Counted from the first letter of the stretch, positions 1 to 9,300 are shown. The stretch: DNA of 43,412 nucleotides from a virus (IMGVR_UViG_3300048854_000273:1-43412), one strand, 5' to 3'. Translations and numbers: made by a program. The notes: generated by a model not told the origin, from the sequence alone.

Positions 1-627
1 TCACGCAAACCAGTGCGCGCGCTCCACATCAACGTCCAGACCAGCGATCGTTCGATAGGCCCGACGCATTTCCGGCCACTCTACATCGAAGATAGCCGCC
101 AGCTCAAGCGAAAGACCAAAAAGCGGGGCCGGCGCTCCATTCAGCTCCTGCCAGAATACATACTGCGTCCCCAGGCGCCGCGGTGCGAGTCTGAGCAGTT
201 CACGCGCAATCTCGGAGAGCTGGCCCTGCCGCAACTCCTTTGCGCGTTCCCATGTGAGCGTGATGACCTGGTCGATTTCCAGATCCGCTTCAAGACCGAA
301 CAGCACTGCAGCCGGCCGGGGCCGCTCAAGCTGCTCCAGACCCTTTCTGAGCTCGCCAAGTGTCATGCGCTCAAGTGGGATAGTGAATGATAGAAGCGGC
401 ACGTCTGGTATCGCTCCCCGGCGGTGAGCGTCTTTTAGCTCCGCGAGGATCGTTTCGAGAATGACTTTGGCTTCCTCACCGTGATCATCAAACGCCATGC
501 GCGTCTGAAAAGCGATGAACTGCGCCGGGTGGATCTCGTCGACCGGCTTGTTCCACAGGGAGGATTGAGCGATGGGCGAATTGCCCAGTAGGAGGGAAAT
601 ATCCCCAATTTCTTTGAGCGCCTGCAT
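1..627 (-). CDS. Hypothetical phage protein (208 aa)
   Basis: ORF with GGAG RBS 6 nt upstream of ATG and an extended -10 at 649-659; no recognisable motif. Confidence 0.65.
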   Translation of the reverse strand: MQALKEIGDISLLLGNSPIAQSSLWNKPVDEIHPAQFIAFQTRMAFDDHGEEAKVILETILAELKDAHRRGAIPDVPLLSFTIPLERMTLGELRKGLEQLERPRPAAVLFGLEADLEIDQVITLTWERAKELRQGQLSEIARELLRLAPRRLGTQYVFWQELNGAPAPLFGLSLELAAIFDVEWPEMRRAYRTIAGLDVDVERAHWFA

Positions 628-648
628 GATGTTCTCCAGAGGCGCTCA

Positions 649-659
649 AAGATACCACA
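649..659 (-). promoter_or_regulatory. Extended -10 promoter TGTGGTATCTT
   Basis: TG-N-TAnnnT in the 43-bp intergenic gap; the same TGTGGTA string occurs at 35149-35159 and 39399-39409. Confidence 0.5.
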
Positions 660-670
660 GGGGGTTACTG

Positions 671-931
671 CTAGTCGCGCGTCTTGACCTGTTCCTTGAG
701 GTCTTTGAGAGTCGCAATGCGTGCGGTGGATTGCGCCGTCAGGATTTCGAGCTTGCCGCGAAGCTCCTGCAGCTTCCGCGTCATGATCTGCGTGATGCCG
801 ATGAACACGCAAGACGTGGTGACGAATGCGAGGCCAACGATGATCTGCGCCTGCACAGTCGTTAGGCTGCTGTGCAGCAGTGCGTAGACCATAACTGCGA
901 AGGAAACGAATGCGAGGCCGAAGTAGCTCAT
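671..931 (-). CDS. Small membrane protein (2 predicted TM helices plus C-terminal coiled coil)
   Basis: Two hydrophobic stretches then a heptad-like charged tail; ATGA overlap with upstream kinase. Confidence 0.7.
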   Translation of the reverse strand: MSYFGLAFVSFAVMVYALLHSSLTTVQAQIIVGLAFVTTSCVFIGITQIMTRKLQELRGKLEILTAQSTARIATLKDLKEQVKTRD

Positions 932-1599
932 GCCGCCACCTGCCGGATCGGTCGCAGCTTGCGCATGTCGGCGTAGCCGGTAACCTGCGCCTTAATGTAT
1001 TCGACCACCGACTCCTGGTTATCCGCATTGAACATCGGCACGTAGACACCGATCTCCTCGCTCTTGATCAGCTTCGCCCAGGACTGCTCAGTCGAGAGCA
1101 TTTCGGCGAGGCGCGAAGCGTAGCCCTTGAGCACCTTCGCCGCCTCGTCGGGGCTCTTATGGATCATGGCTTCAGCGACGTCGATGCCGGCGCGCTTCAT
1201 GAAACGATCGGCAATCACCTGCGACGGGTTATCCACGTAGACCGCAACGTGATGCACGTCGTTTGCTTTGGACCACGCCGCGATCTGGCGCAGTCCTTCC
1301 GGCTCACAAACCAGCACGACATCCTTGTCGCGGGCGAAAGCGTTCTGTGCCTCGATCTTCATCAAGCCGTAGTGATTGCCGCCGAAACGCACATTCTCGA
1401 TAAACGCTTCCTGCGCGACAAGACGCTTGAACTGGCTGTCATCCACGAAGTAGTAGTTCTTGCCGTCTTTCTCGCCCTCGCGGGGTGTTCGCGTCGTGGT
1501 GCTGATAAGGCTAACCAGCCCTTCAGCCTTCAGCAGGCCTTCCAACGTAGTCTTTCCAGCGCAGGAGGGGCCGGTCAGGGTCACGATCGTCTTACGCAT
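928..1599 (-). CDS. gmk: Guanylate-kinase-like nucleotide kinase
   Basis: Walker A GPSCAGKTTL and Gmk signature ISTTTRTPREGEKDGKNYYFV. Confidence 0.85.
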   Translation of the reverse strand: MRKTIVTLTGPSCAGKTTLEGLLKAEGLVSLISTTTRTPREGEKDGKNYYFVDDSQFKRLVAQEAFIENVRFGGNHYGLMKIEAQNAFARDKDVVLVCEPEGLRQIAAWSKANDVHHVAVYVDNPSQVIADRFMKRAGIDVAEAMIHKSPDEAAKVLKGYASRLAEMLSTEQSWAKLIKSEEIGVYVPMFNADNQESVVEYIKAQVTGYADMRKLRPIRQVAA

Positions 1600-1798
1600 C
1601 GGTTTTCTCCTCTGCCGGCTTGAGTGCCAGCTTGTTTGTGATCACTTCCAGGAAGCGGCACATCGTGATCAGATCCACCTCCTGACCGTGCTTGTTGATG
1701 ACCTTGATCTGGCCGCCGATCATGCCGCGCGCTGCTGGGAACACCACGTGCCGCCAGGGCATCGTTGCCTGAAGCCCCTTGAATTCTTTTTCATCCAT
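1592..1798 (-). CDS. Hypothetical protein (68 aa)
   Basis: Fills the gap in the operon and overlaps both neighbours. Confidence 0.6.
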   Translation of the reverse strand: MDEKEFKGLQATMPWRHVVFPAARGMIGGQIKVINKHGQEVDLITMCRFLEVITNKLALKPAEEKTDA

Positions 1799-2199
1799 CA
1801 GATCACCATCTGTTCCAGGTTTAGGGGCATCGGTGCATCCGGCCCTCGTGTTTCGAATGCGTGAAATGCAAGCGTTCGCATGTCTGCAAGATGCGCTTGT
1901 ATCGCTGCCACTTGCGCTTCGTGACCGCTCGACGCTTCACCGCTTGAAGGACGGAAGCCCGCTTTGTAAAGCGCGTCGAACAGGGTCTGCGCGCCGCGGT
2001 GCGAGAGTGTCACCATCGGCTCGGGCGGCATCATTTCGCCGGGCGCCACCGTCTGGATCTCCGGCGTGTGCAGCGGCTTGAAAACCCCTGCCCCGCCTCC
2101 ACCCCGATAGCTCAGCGCGTGAAGGTCGAAACCGCCCATTGCCAGGTTCTCAGCGAGCCTTGCGTCCTCCAGATGGAGGTAGGCAATGCTTGTGCTCAA
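1798..2199 (-). CDS. Hypothetical phage protein (133 aa, TTG start)
   Basis: TTGA overlap with ligase stop; GAGG SD-like sequence upstream. Confidence 0.65.
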   Translation of the reverse strand: MSTSIAYLHLEDARLAENLAMGGFDLHALSYRGGGGAGVFKPLHTPEIQTVAPGEMMPPEPMVTLSHRGAQTLFDALYKAGFRPSSGEASSGHEAQVAAIQAHLADMRTLAFHAFETRGPDAPMPLNLEQMVI

Positions 2200-3620
2200 G
2201 CGGCCTCCGCGAGTTCGGGCGTTACCTTCTCGCCGCGCACCGCCGCTTCTCGCTGGGCGTAGACTTCGGCGAGCGAATCAGCTTCGTCCTTATCCGTGCG
2301 GAACGAGTCCTCGATCATGCGTGGCAGGAACAGCGAGTGCAGAGGGTTGCTGTCGGACGGCTCCATGATTTCGTTGAAGCGCACCGGCCAGATGCGATCG
2401 ATAAAGGCGCGGGGATCAGCCTCGATGGCGTCGCGCAGCTTTTCGTTCTTCACGGCGACGTTCACGCGCAGCAGTCCATCGCGCGTTTCCATCATCACGC
2501 GACCAGGACGCGATTCGTTCTTCGTGCCCGGCTCGCCGTCGAGAATTGCCTTCGAGATCAGGTCGACGTCCACCTCGAGCTTGAGCTTGACCACGTCCGG
2601 GTTGCCGCCGCTCGTGTCCTTCCAGAAGCCCTCGCCGTTCTTCAGCACCGTGCCTTCCTTGCCCTGACCCTGCAGGCTGGTGCAGTGTGCGTAGGCGTCC
2701 GGCAGGGAATGCACCAGCTTGGTTGGGATGATCCGCACCGTGCCGCGCAGGGGTCCGCCCTCGAAGATTGCCGACGTGTGCTGACGCAGCAGGTTCGAAA
2801 AGCGGGTGCGATACGGCACTTCGTAGACCCCCTTCGGCACGGCAGCTTCAAGCGGGATTTGGTCCCACGCGTAGAAGACCGGCACTTCGTTATGCAGGAA
2901 CTCACCACCGGCCAACACGCGGTTCAGAATGCCGTTGCCCGTCGCGCGGTCTGCGACCAGCCCGTTGACCAGCACGACGATTTCGCCGTGTGTCTGTGTG
3001 TCGACCGGGAACACGTTCCTGATTTCCTCGACCATGCGCTCGAACTGCTCGACCGGATATTCGTTGCCTGCGCGGGTGGTCAGTCGGACCACTTCACTCG
3101 CCTCACGGTCGACGTTCGTGAAGGCGCCATCCGCCTTATGCTGGCTGAATGCGCCAGCCACCCAGTTCCATTTGTCGAATTTCGCTTTTTCCGGCAGCAC
3201 GCAGCGCATGTAGGGGAAGGTGCGGATCGTGCCTTTCTTCGCCTTGTTGACCGTCTCGCCCGAGAACCCAGCGCGCAGGTCTTTCTTGATGATTCGCCAG
3301 AACAGTTCGCTTGACGCCGCTTCGAGGCGGATTATTTCACCAGCGACCGTCTGGATCGCGTTATTGCCGGTCAGCCGGCGGGTAGCTAGGTCTTCGATGA
3401 TGGCCCACGTGCCGGCGTCGAACATGGCGCCGCCGAGCTTTGTCGTGTCGATGACCGGCCGCTTGCTGATGCCGTAGCTCACCAGCGGATCGAGCGCAGC
3501 GCGCAGAACCGCCTCAAACTGGATGTCATCTATGTGTTTCTTAACCAGCGCCTGCTTGTCGTTCTTGCTGCTCGTGCCCGCGATCTGCGAGATCAGGACG
3601 AAAATTTCGTTCGAGTTCAT
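2196..3620 (-). CDS. ATP-dependent DNA ligase (T4/phage type)
   Basis: Motif I QHKADG, motif IV GKEGTVLK, motif V VKLK and a T4-like N-terminal DNA-binding domain. Confidence 0.92.
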   Translation of the reverse strand: MNSNEIFVLISQIAGTSSKNDKQALVKKHIDDIQFEAVLRAALDPLVSYGISKRPVIDTTKLGGAMFDAGTWAIIEDLATRRLTGNNAIQTVAGEIIRLEAASSELFWRIIKKDLRAGFSGETVNKAKKGTIRTFPYMRCVLPEKAKFDKWNWVAGAFSQHKADGAFTNVDREASEVVRLTTRAGNEYPVEQFERMVEEIRNVFPVDTQTHGEIVVLVNGLVADRATGNGILNRVLAGGEFLHNEVPVFYAWDQIPLEAAVPKGVYEVPYRTRFSNLLRQHTSAIFEGGPLRGTVRIIPTKLVHSLPDAYAHCTSLQGQGKEGTVLKNGEGFWKDTSGGNPDVVKLKLEVDVDLISKAILDGEPGTKNESRPGRVMMETRDGLLRVNVAVKNEKLRDAIEADPRAFIDRIWPVRFNEIMEPSDSNPLHSLFLPRMIEDSFRTDKDEADSLAEVYAQREAAVRGEKVTPELAEAA

Positions 3621-3644
3621 GGTTCTCCTTCGGTGTGTGTTGGG

Positions 3645-4349
3645 TTATACGGACGCGCGGGCTTCGCGCTGACGTTTGGCGAAATCGAGCAACGACTCGC
3701 CGGGCAGCGGCTTGAGCGTGAGTGCTGAGCCTGTCGGCTTGAGCGGTTCGCCGATGGCGGCCGCCGTCTTCATGGCGCTCTTGAGCGCATCGTTGGCTGC
3801 TGGCGGGTTTTCAAGCGCCTTTTCGAAGCGCGCCGACTCCTCTTTGCTCAGCTTGATAGGCTCACCGGTTGTCTCGGCCATCGCTGCATTGATTGCAGCC
3901 GCGTAGCCGCCTTCCATCGACGCGACGATCGGTGCCTCGGTGCGCTTGACTGGCTCGGTGCGTTTCGCTGCGACCTTTGCGCGGCTGTTTGCCGCTGTGA
4001 CCTTCAGTTCGTTCAGGAACTCGCTATGAACCGGCTGCTTGTTCTGTTCCGCGATCCACTCGTTGAGCTTCGGACGGCTCACGTAAAAGAGCGCACGGCC
4101 TTCCAGACGCTCCTTTTCACGTAGATGGAATGCTGGGCACGAGCGACCGCTGATCGCTGCTTCGCAGCCACCGAGCAGACCTTCCAGACGACGCTCCTCG
4201 ACCGCCTTGATCTTGTTCAGGCACACCGCATAGCCCGGACGATGACCACCGGCCTCACAGTAGTCGAGGTAGTGCGCGTTATCGCCGCGCATGCTTGCGT
4301 CGGGCGGGTAGAGGGTGTCGTCGTGAAATGCGTGTTTCGTATCGGGCAT
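3645..4349 (-). CDS. Hypothetical protein with Cys-rich N-terminus (234 aa from MPDTKH)
   Basis: Start moved to ATG 4349 because of the AGGAGAGGG RBS; four spaced Cys (YCEAG..VCL..GCE..SCP) are a possible Zn site. Confidence 0.7.
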   Translation of the reverse strand: MPDTKHAFHDDTLYPPDASMRGDNAHYLDYCEAGGHRPGYAVCLNKIKAVEERRLEGLLGGCEAAISGRSCPAFHLREKERLEGRALFYVSRPKLNEWIAEQNKQPVHSEFLNELKVTAANSRAKVAAKRTEPVKRTEAPIVASMEGGYAAAINAAMAETTGEPIKLSKEESARFEKALENPPAANDALKSAMKTAAAIGEPLKPTGSALTLKPLPGESLLDFAKRQREARASV

Positions 4350-4359
4350 CGCCCTCTCC

Positions 4360-4629
4360 TTACCAAGAGCCCCACTCGGGGCGGATTTCTTCGAATACCT
4401 GCTGGGCGTCCGCATGAACGCGCAACATGTTGGCGAATGTGTTGATCACAGCTTTCTTTTCAGCGGCCTGACGGATCACGCTGTTCAGGCGGAACTTCGC
4501 GTCGAACTCGACCAGCTTGCGAACATCGGGCGACATGGCTTCGAGCAGTTCTTCTGCGCCTTCCCTTCTGCCAATCGCTCGGCCTTCCCGCTTTCCGTTG
4601 AAATAGACTTCGGTCACCATGACCCCCAT
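4360..4629 (-). CDS. Hypothetical protein (89 aa), ends RPEWGSW
   Basis: Operon-packed ORF. Confidence 0.6.
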   Translation of the reverse strand: MGVMVTEVYFNGKREGRAIGRREGAEELLEAMSPDVRKLVEFDAKFRLNSVIRQAAEKKAVINTFANMLRVHADAQQVFEEIRPEWGSW

Positions 4630-5078
4630 GATTCGCCGCGGTCGGGTTCGGGCCGACGTTTTTCGGGCTGCACCGGCTCTACTTCCGTTTCGTCGCCAAA
4701 CGTTGCGCTGCCCGTCGCCACGCGCAGCGAGCCAACCATTTCGGCGTCCGCGTAGTGCTCGCCGATGCCGCGATAAGCGTCACCAAGCGACTGACTACCC
4801 GTATGCTGGTGAACACCGAATTTCGCCGGCTTGTCCTCGTAGCCCTTCGCGCGTTTGGCTCGCAACTGTTTTTTGCACGACTCAAGTGCCTGTGCCGCGG
4901 TGTCGTGCGCCAGAATCGAGGTCTGACCGCCACCACTCCTCGCTGTAACCATCGCTCCCCAGCGCCGGACCTCCACGAACTTCTTGGAGTCCTCGTTCAG
5001 GAAGGTGACGATTTCGTAATACTTGGTCCCGCCGCTGTGGACGAGATATTCGGCTCCGATAGTGAGCGCTGATCGCAT
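4614..5078 (-). CDS. WGR-domain-like protein
   Basis: GTKYYEI...VRRWG....GQ....AKRAKGY pattern typical of WGR domains; GAGG RBS. Confidence 0.65.
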   Translation of the reverse strand: MRSALTIGAEYLVHSGGTKYYEIVTFLNEDSKKFVEVRRWGAMVTARSGGGQTSILAHDTAAQALESCKKQLRAKRAKGYEDKPAKFGVHQHTGSQSLGDAYRGIGEHYADAEMVGSLRVATGSATFGDETEVEPVQPEKRRPEPDRGESWGSW

Positions 5079-5149
5079 CAGATTCCTCTCTCGCGCTTGA
5101 CTGTCGCGCTTTCAATACAAAACATTCTACGAACCGCACACAGGGGAGT

Positions 5150-5167
5150 ATAGTCAGTTTCTACTAT
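5150..5167. promoter_or_regulatory. Palindromic motif copy 1 (ATAGTCAGTTTCTACTAT, degenerate), overlapping minus-strand -10 TATACT (5147-5152)
   Basis: 16/18 match to consensus, 15 bp downstream of the primase stop. Confidence 0.7.
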
Positions 5168-5181
5168 CCTTTTCGGCGAAA

Positions 5182-6264
5182 TCATCGGCCTTTTGTGAGC
5201 TTCATGCGGGTTGCCGTCATCGGGTTTATTACCGTCGCGCGCCAGAAGGCATCCCGCACGACCGACGGTGCCACTTCGTTGGGGTCGCGGTCCTTTGGCA
5301 GCACCGCAACGCGGGCAACCATGCCATGCCCCTTGATCATCAGCGCCGTCTCGATCGCGGCGTCGATAGCCTTATCCTCGCCATCCCACATGATCGTGAC
5401 CTGCTCCAACCCCTTCTCGCGCAGCTCCACCAGCTTTGCCATCTGTGACTGGTCATCGCCGTTGGATAGATGCTTGCCGAAGCTGCCGATCGGAACCACG
5501 TCGCGCAGATTCATGTCGCCATCAAGAGCGATCTTGGTTGCGGCGACGTCGAACACGCCTTCCCCGATACACACCCGCTTCGCGCCGATGGCGTTCTGCC
5601 CGTTGTAGAGGACCGAGCCTGTCGATGCGAACCCAGGCGGAAACAGATACTTCTTGTCGGCCTCGCCGGTAATGTCCCGGCCCTGAAACGTGACGAGGTC
5701 GCCTTCAAGGTCAAAGACCGGGATGATCACGCGGTTGGCGTAGTTCTGCACGCGCCGGCTGCCGTCATCGTCCATGTAGAAGAACTTGCCCTTCTGCGAG
5801 AAGCGCAGGCTGAAATACGACGAGATCGTGCCGGTGATGTTGCGACGGTCCAGATACTTCAGGTTGCGCCCGCTGTGCGGCAACGCAATCGACTCGGGCA
5901 GCTTGAGTTCGGTGTTTAGATTAACGGCGACAGCCTTCTTTTTCGCCGGTCGCCATCCCTGCTGTTTAGCGAACTGCTTGATGTGGTCAACCACGTCGCG
6001 GTTGCTGGTCGCGTTCAGCGAAGCCCGGATGAAGCTCCACTTGTTGAACTTGGCTTCGCAATCGCCTGAAAAGCAGTTGCCAAAGCCGGTCTCGAGGCCG
6101 ATATACACCTTCCAGTTCGAGTTGCCACAGCATGGGCATTCCTTGACGTTAGCCTGCCGGCCACGCGCACCGCGCGCCTGCTTGTAGACCACGCCCTGAT
6201 CATCGAGCCAGGACTCGATATCGATCTGGTCGAGCGCTTCCTGGAGTTCCGCGTTATCGCTCAT
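5182..6264 (-). CDS. dnaG: DNA primase (Zn finger plus TOPRIM)
   Basis: CPCC...C zinc finger, IIPVFD..G....FQGR, TOPRIM EGVFD...WDGED. Confidence 0.88.
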   Translation of the reverse strand: MSDNAELQEALDQIDIESWLDDQGVVYKQARGARGRQANVKECPCCGNSNWKVYIGLETGFGNCFSGDCEAKFNKWSFIRASLNATSNRDVVDHIKQFAKQQGWRPAKKKAVAVNLNTELKLPESIALPHSGRNLKYLDRRNITGTISSYFSLRFSQKGKFFYMDDDGSRRVQNYANRVIIPVFDLEGDLVTFQGRDITGEADKKYLFPPGFASTGSVLYNGQNAIGAKRVCIGEGVFDVAATKIALDGDMNLRDVVPIGSFGKHLSNGDDQSQMAKLVELREKGLEQVTIMWDGEDKAIDAAIETALMIKGHGMVARVAVLPKDRDPNEVAPSVVRDAFWRATVINPMTATRMKLTKGR

Positions 6265-6342
6265 ACGTCACACATTGTTAGTCAGTTACGCGCACGATAC
6301 GCGTAGAAATCAGGGGGTTGTGAGCCCCCTATAAAAGTGCCG

Positions 6343-6591
6343 TCAGAACCTGCCGATTCGATTTCCAAGCACGCCAGAAAGCTCGCGCATCAGGGCATAT
6401 TGGTAACGCATATCGAACTTTTCCTCCTCGACCAGATTGGCGAAGATGGAAGTGTCGAAGAATGCGCTCAGCTTCCCCATGCGCTCGTCGTTCTGCGCCT
6501 TTTCATCGACCACGCGCTGCTGGTGCGGCGGTAGCGTGCCGTATTCTTTCGCGATCACTTCCTTTTCTTTTTCACCGTTATTGACGCCCAT
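6343..6591 (-). CDS. Small helical protein, crAss001_48-like
   Basis: PPHQQRVVDEK...L..F...F......Q...M..L..VL..RI pattern recalled for this family; not searched. Confidence 0.6.
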   Translation of the reverse strand: MGVNNGEKEKEVIAKEYGTLPPHQQRVVDEKAQNDERMGKLSAFFDTSIFANLVEEEKFDMRYQYALMRELSGVLGNRIGRF

Positions 6592-8000
6592 TATTCGACC
6601 CTTATGATGGATTTGATAAACGTCATGGTTGCCATGTCCTGCTGGATAAACACGGTAAACCCTGACTCCTGGTTCCGGGACGCCGCGAAGTAAAGCCGTG
6701 CCTCGTTCTTGGTGCGTTCTTCGTCGGTGATGTTGATGGAGATCACCAAGTCGGCAATACGGATGCGGTTAAAGTCTTCCGCGACGTGCTCGGCTTTCGC
6801 CACCGTTGACTTGAAGCCTTCCCGGTTCGTCTGAGTTGCCGACAGCATCGCGAACCCTTCAATCAGCGCAATCGCCCGCATATCCGTGTAGATGGATTTC
6901 GAGTTCTCCACCGAGTCCTGCGAGCGGAAGTTCGGCGCCATAATGTCGAGGTAGTCGACCACCACCAGATCGAAGACGATGCCCTTCGCCTTGTAGCGGT
7001 CGATCAGCGCCTGCATGGAGTTCGGCGTGAACTTCGACGAGGCGAATTCATGCACCCGCAGCAGCCCCGCGCGCTTGCTCAGTGCCTCAATCTTGGTGCG
7101 CACATCGTGGATGTTCTTGCCAAGTTCCTTGATGATGTTCTCGGAGATCGACGCATCCAGACGCTCGGAGATAATCCGGGCCGCGAGCTCCAGCGTCACA
7201 TACAGGACGTTCTTGCCCGCCATCGAAGCGCTCTTTGCGAAGTTGATGAGGGCGGTCGACTTACCCGCTTTCGCTCCGCCCATCAGCAGCGTGAGTTCCT
7301 TGCGGCCCCAGCCCTTGTGCATCAGTAGCTCGTCCAGCTTGGGCAGCCCCGACGAGATACCCTTCGGCGGCGTCTTGCCGCTGGCTTCATCGAGGCGTTC
7401 TTCTGTGCGGGCCTCGATCATGCTCCAGTAGTCGTAGCCCTCGTCGGCCTCATTCAGACCGACGTCATAGGCGTCCTTGATCGCCTTGAGGATCGGATCG
7501 AACTTCTTCTTCTCCAGCAGGCTGACGGACGACAGGATGGCCTGACTGACTGCCTGGTGACGGGCGAATTCGGCCACCTTCTCGGCGACATACTCGCGGT
7601 CTCCGACCGAACCATCCTTCATGGTCTTGTATGCGCGCACCACTTCGGCTGCGACGTCCTTTTTCATGCGGGCGTTCGTGACGGCATCGCGGATCAGGGT
7701 CGGGACAACCGATGCATCAGGAACGCGCTTGAACCGCTCGTAATAGCGCAGCACCAGATCCATCATCCCGGCTTCACCGGTTGACTCGAAGTATTCGGGC
7801 TTCAGCAGGTGCGCGGCGCGGCGCATGAATTCAGTGTCACGCAGCGCGAGCGTGGCGATAGTGGTCTGGAACTGCTCGTCAAACTCGAACTTCTCAACCT
7901 CGAAAGCCTCTTCCGGCGCGTCGGTGGCGGCGCCGGCATACGCGGCACCCACCATCTTCGCGACCGAGTCCTCGACTGCGTCAATGGTGGCAGCGCTCAT
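6591..8000 (-). CDS. dnaB: DnaB-like replicative helicase
   Basis: Walker A GGAKAGKS, YVTLE, Walker B VVVDYLD, SATQTNR, ADLVI motifs. Confidence 0.92.
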   Translation of the reverse strand: MSAATIDAVEDSVAKMVGAAYAGAATDAPEEAFEVEKFEFDEQFQTTIATLALRDTEFMRRAAHLLKPEYFESTGEAGMMDLVLRYYERFKRVPDASVVPTLIRDAVTNARMKKDVAAEVVRAYKTMKDGSVGDREYVAEKVAEFARHQAVSQAILSSVSLLEKKKFDPILKAIKDAYDVGLNEADEGYDYWSMIEARTEERLDEASGKTPPKGISSGLPKLDELLMHKGWGRKELTLLMGGAKAGKSTALINFAKSASMAGKNVLYVTLELAARIISERLDASISENIIKELGKNIHDVRTKIEALSKRAGLLRVHEFASSKFTPNSMQALIDRYKAKGIVFDLVVVDYLDIMAPNFRSQDSVENSKSIYTDMRAIALIEGFAMLSATQTNREGFKSTVAKAEHVAEDFNRIRIADLVISINITDEERTKNEARLYFAASRNQESGFTVFIQQDMATMTFIKSIIRVE

Positions 8001-8422
8001 GCCGCGAGCTCCGCACTGGATTCAACCGGCATCACACGCGGCCGCGGCAGCGGGGAGAAGCGTTGGACCGCGTGCTTGAAGATCACCTCGGTTGTGCCCT
8101 TCACGTCCAGCGAGATCGTGTATTTGTCCGTTGCACGAATCTTGCCCTGCAGCGGCTCCAGCAGATCGAGCAGGTAGACGCGAATCTCAGCGCCGGACTC
8201 GTGCAGCGCCTTCAGGAAGGCTTCGTGACCTTTGGGAGCACCTGTGGGCTTTGCACGGGTCGAAGCGCGTGCCAGCGGGGCGCTGGCGCGGCTCGCGGGG
8301 GCTTCGTAATCGCGGCGGGTGCCCAGACGCGGGCGAAAGGTGGGGAGTGCGTCACCGTCGTCGCGAGCCAGGCGTAGGCCTTCGCGAAGCTGTTCGGCGC
8401 GTTCTTGATCGGAATTCATCAT
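7997..8422 (-). CDS. hfq: Hfq-like Sm-fold RNA-binding protein with basic N-terminal extension
   Basis: HEAFLKAL..IRVYL..LQGKI..DKYTISL..VIFKHAV aligns by eye with Hfq QDPFLNAL..VSIYL..LQGQI..DQFVILL..MVYKHAI; start at 8422 or 8419 after GGAGAG. Confidence 0.8.
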   Translation of the reverse strand: MMNSDQERAEQLREGLRLARDDGDALPTFRPRLGTRRDYEAPASRASAPLARASTRAKPTGAPKGHEAFLKALHESGAEIRVYLLDLLEPLQGKIRATDKYTISLDVKGTTEVIFKHAVQRFSPLPRPRVMPVESSAELAA

Positions 8423-8480
8423 GCAGCTCTCCAACATTGGGAAATGGGTCAGTCAAACGTTTTGCAGCGACACACTCAGT

Positions 8481-8498
8481 ATAGTCAGTTTTGACTAT
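8481..8498. promoter_or_regulatory. Palindromic motif copy 2 (perfect ATAGTCAGTTTTGACTAT), overlapping -10 TATACT (8478-8483) and the upstream stop codon
   Basis: Exact consensus upstream of hfq-dnaB. Confidence 0.85.
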
Positions 8499-9232
8499 CA
8501 TTGAGCGGCAAGCGACACCGCTGCATCGACGAGTCCCGGTGGAAACTCCCTGAGCGCGGCTTCAATTCGCAGCACCCCGTAGGTGTAGAGGGCTGCGCTC
8601 AGCGAATGCTGCTTGTGGATGCGCTGCTTGATCTGGCCGATGAGGAAGTTTTCATAGGCGATCTGGTCCGTATGGCCAAACCAGTTCTTGGCCAGATACC
8701 GCTCGTCCTTGCAGATTTGCAGGCTGTTATGGCACTCCTCCTCCCAGGCAAGGCCAACGTCGACCAGCAGCTCCTCATTGGCGTTGATATGCGAGGGGCG
8801 CGGCGCGTGATGCCAGTTATGGGCCACCTTCCAGCTCATCGCCTGACGCAGAAAAAATTCGTATCTCATGCCGGCTGCGTCTGCCGTTTGTCGGAGCTGC
8901 CAGAGTGCCTTGCGCTCTTTCGCATCCATGAAATCGTCGCTCGTGCCCTTGAACGGTCGCATGTATTGCCCCCGCACGTGATCGAACGTCATGCGCATGA
9001 AGTCCTTGTAGGCCCGGTCGTAGCACTTCGCGAACAGGTAAGTCGCCTTCGTCGGGTGCATCCGGCGATAGTCGAACCACTTGGTCGTCAGTAACTCCGG
9101 CTCCTTCTTCAGCAGCTTGCCGTCAATGTTCTGGATCGCCTTGATCTCGCAATGCAGGAACGACATGTCGTGCCCATAGAAGTCGCCGAACCATTCCGCG
9201 AGTCTGGGTTCCGTGATTAGCGTTTGGGTCAT
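8498..9232 (-). CDS. Conserved-looking phage hypothetical protein (244 aa) heading the hfq-dnaB-primase cluster
   Basis: Long aromatic-rich ORF with GAAAGGA RBS; function not recognised. Confidence 0.75.
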   Translation of the reverse strand: MTQTLITEPRLAEWFGDFYGHDMSFLHCEIKAIQNIDGKLLKKEPELLTTKWFDYRRMHPTKATYLFAKCYDRAYKDFMRMTFDHVRGQYMRPFKGTSDDFMDAKERKALWQLRQTADAAGMRYEFFLRQAMSWKVAHNWHHAPRPSHINANEELLVDVGLAWEEECHNSLQICKDERYLAKNWFGHTDQIAYENFLIGQIKQRIHKQHSLSAALYTYGVLRIEAALREFPPGLVDAAVSLAAQ

Positions 9233-9245
9233 CCTTTCCGCCTCG

Positions 9246-9300
9246 AAAATACTTAAATAAGAGTTACTTAAATGTAGTCTTATTATTCTTTAATACATAC
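9246..9300. promoter_or_regulatory. AT-rich regulatory patch with a TACTTAAAT direct repeat (9250-9258, 9265-9273)
   Basis: Sharp AT-rich island in a GC-rich genome, directly upstream of the 244-aa gene. Confidence 0.5.

Noticed and set aside
6278-6287. Motif half-sites at 6278 (TTAGTCAGTT), 5097 (TTGACTGT) and 29002 (AAGTCAGT)
   Set aside because: Only one arm matches, so they are not counted among the 14 copies; the shorter ones could be chance.
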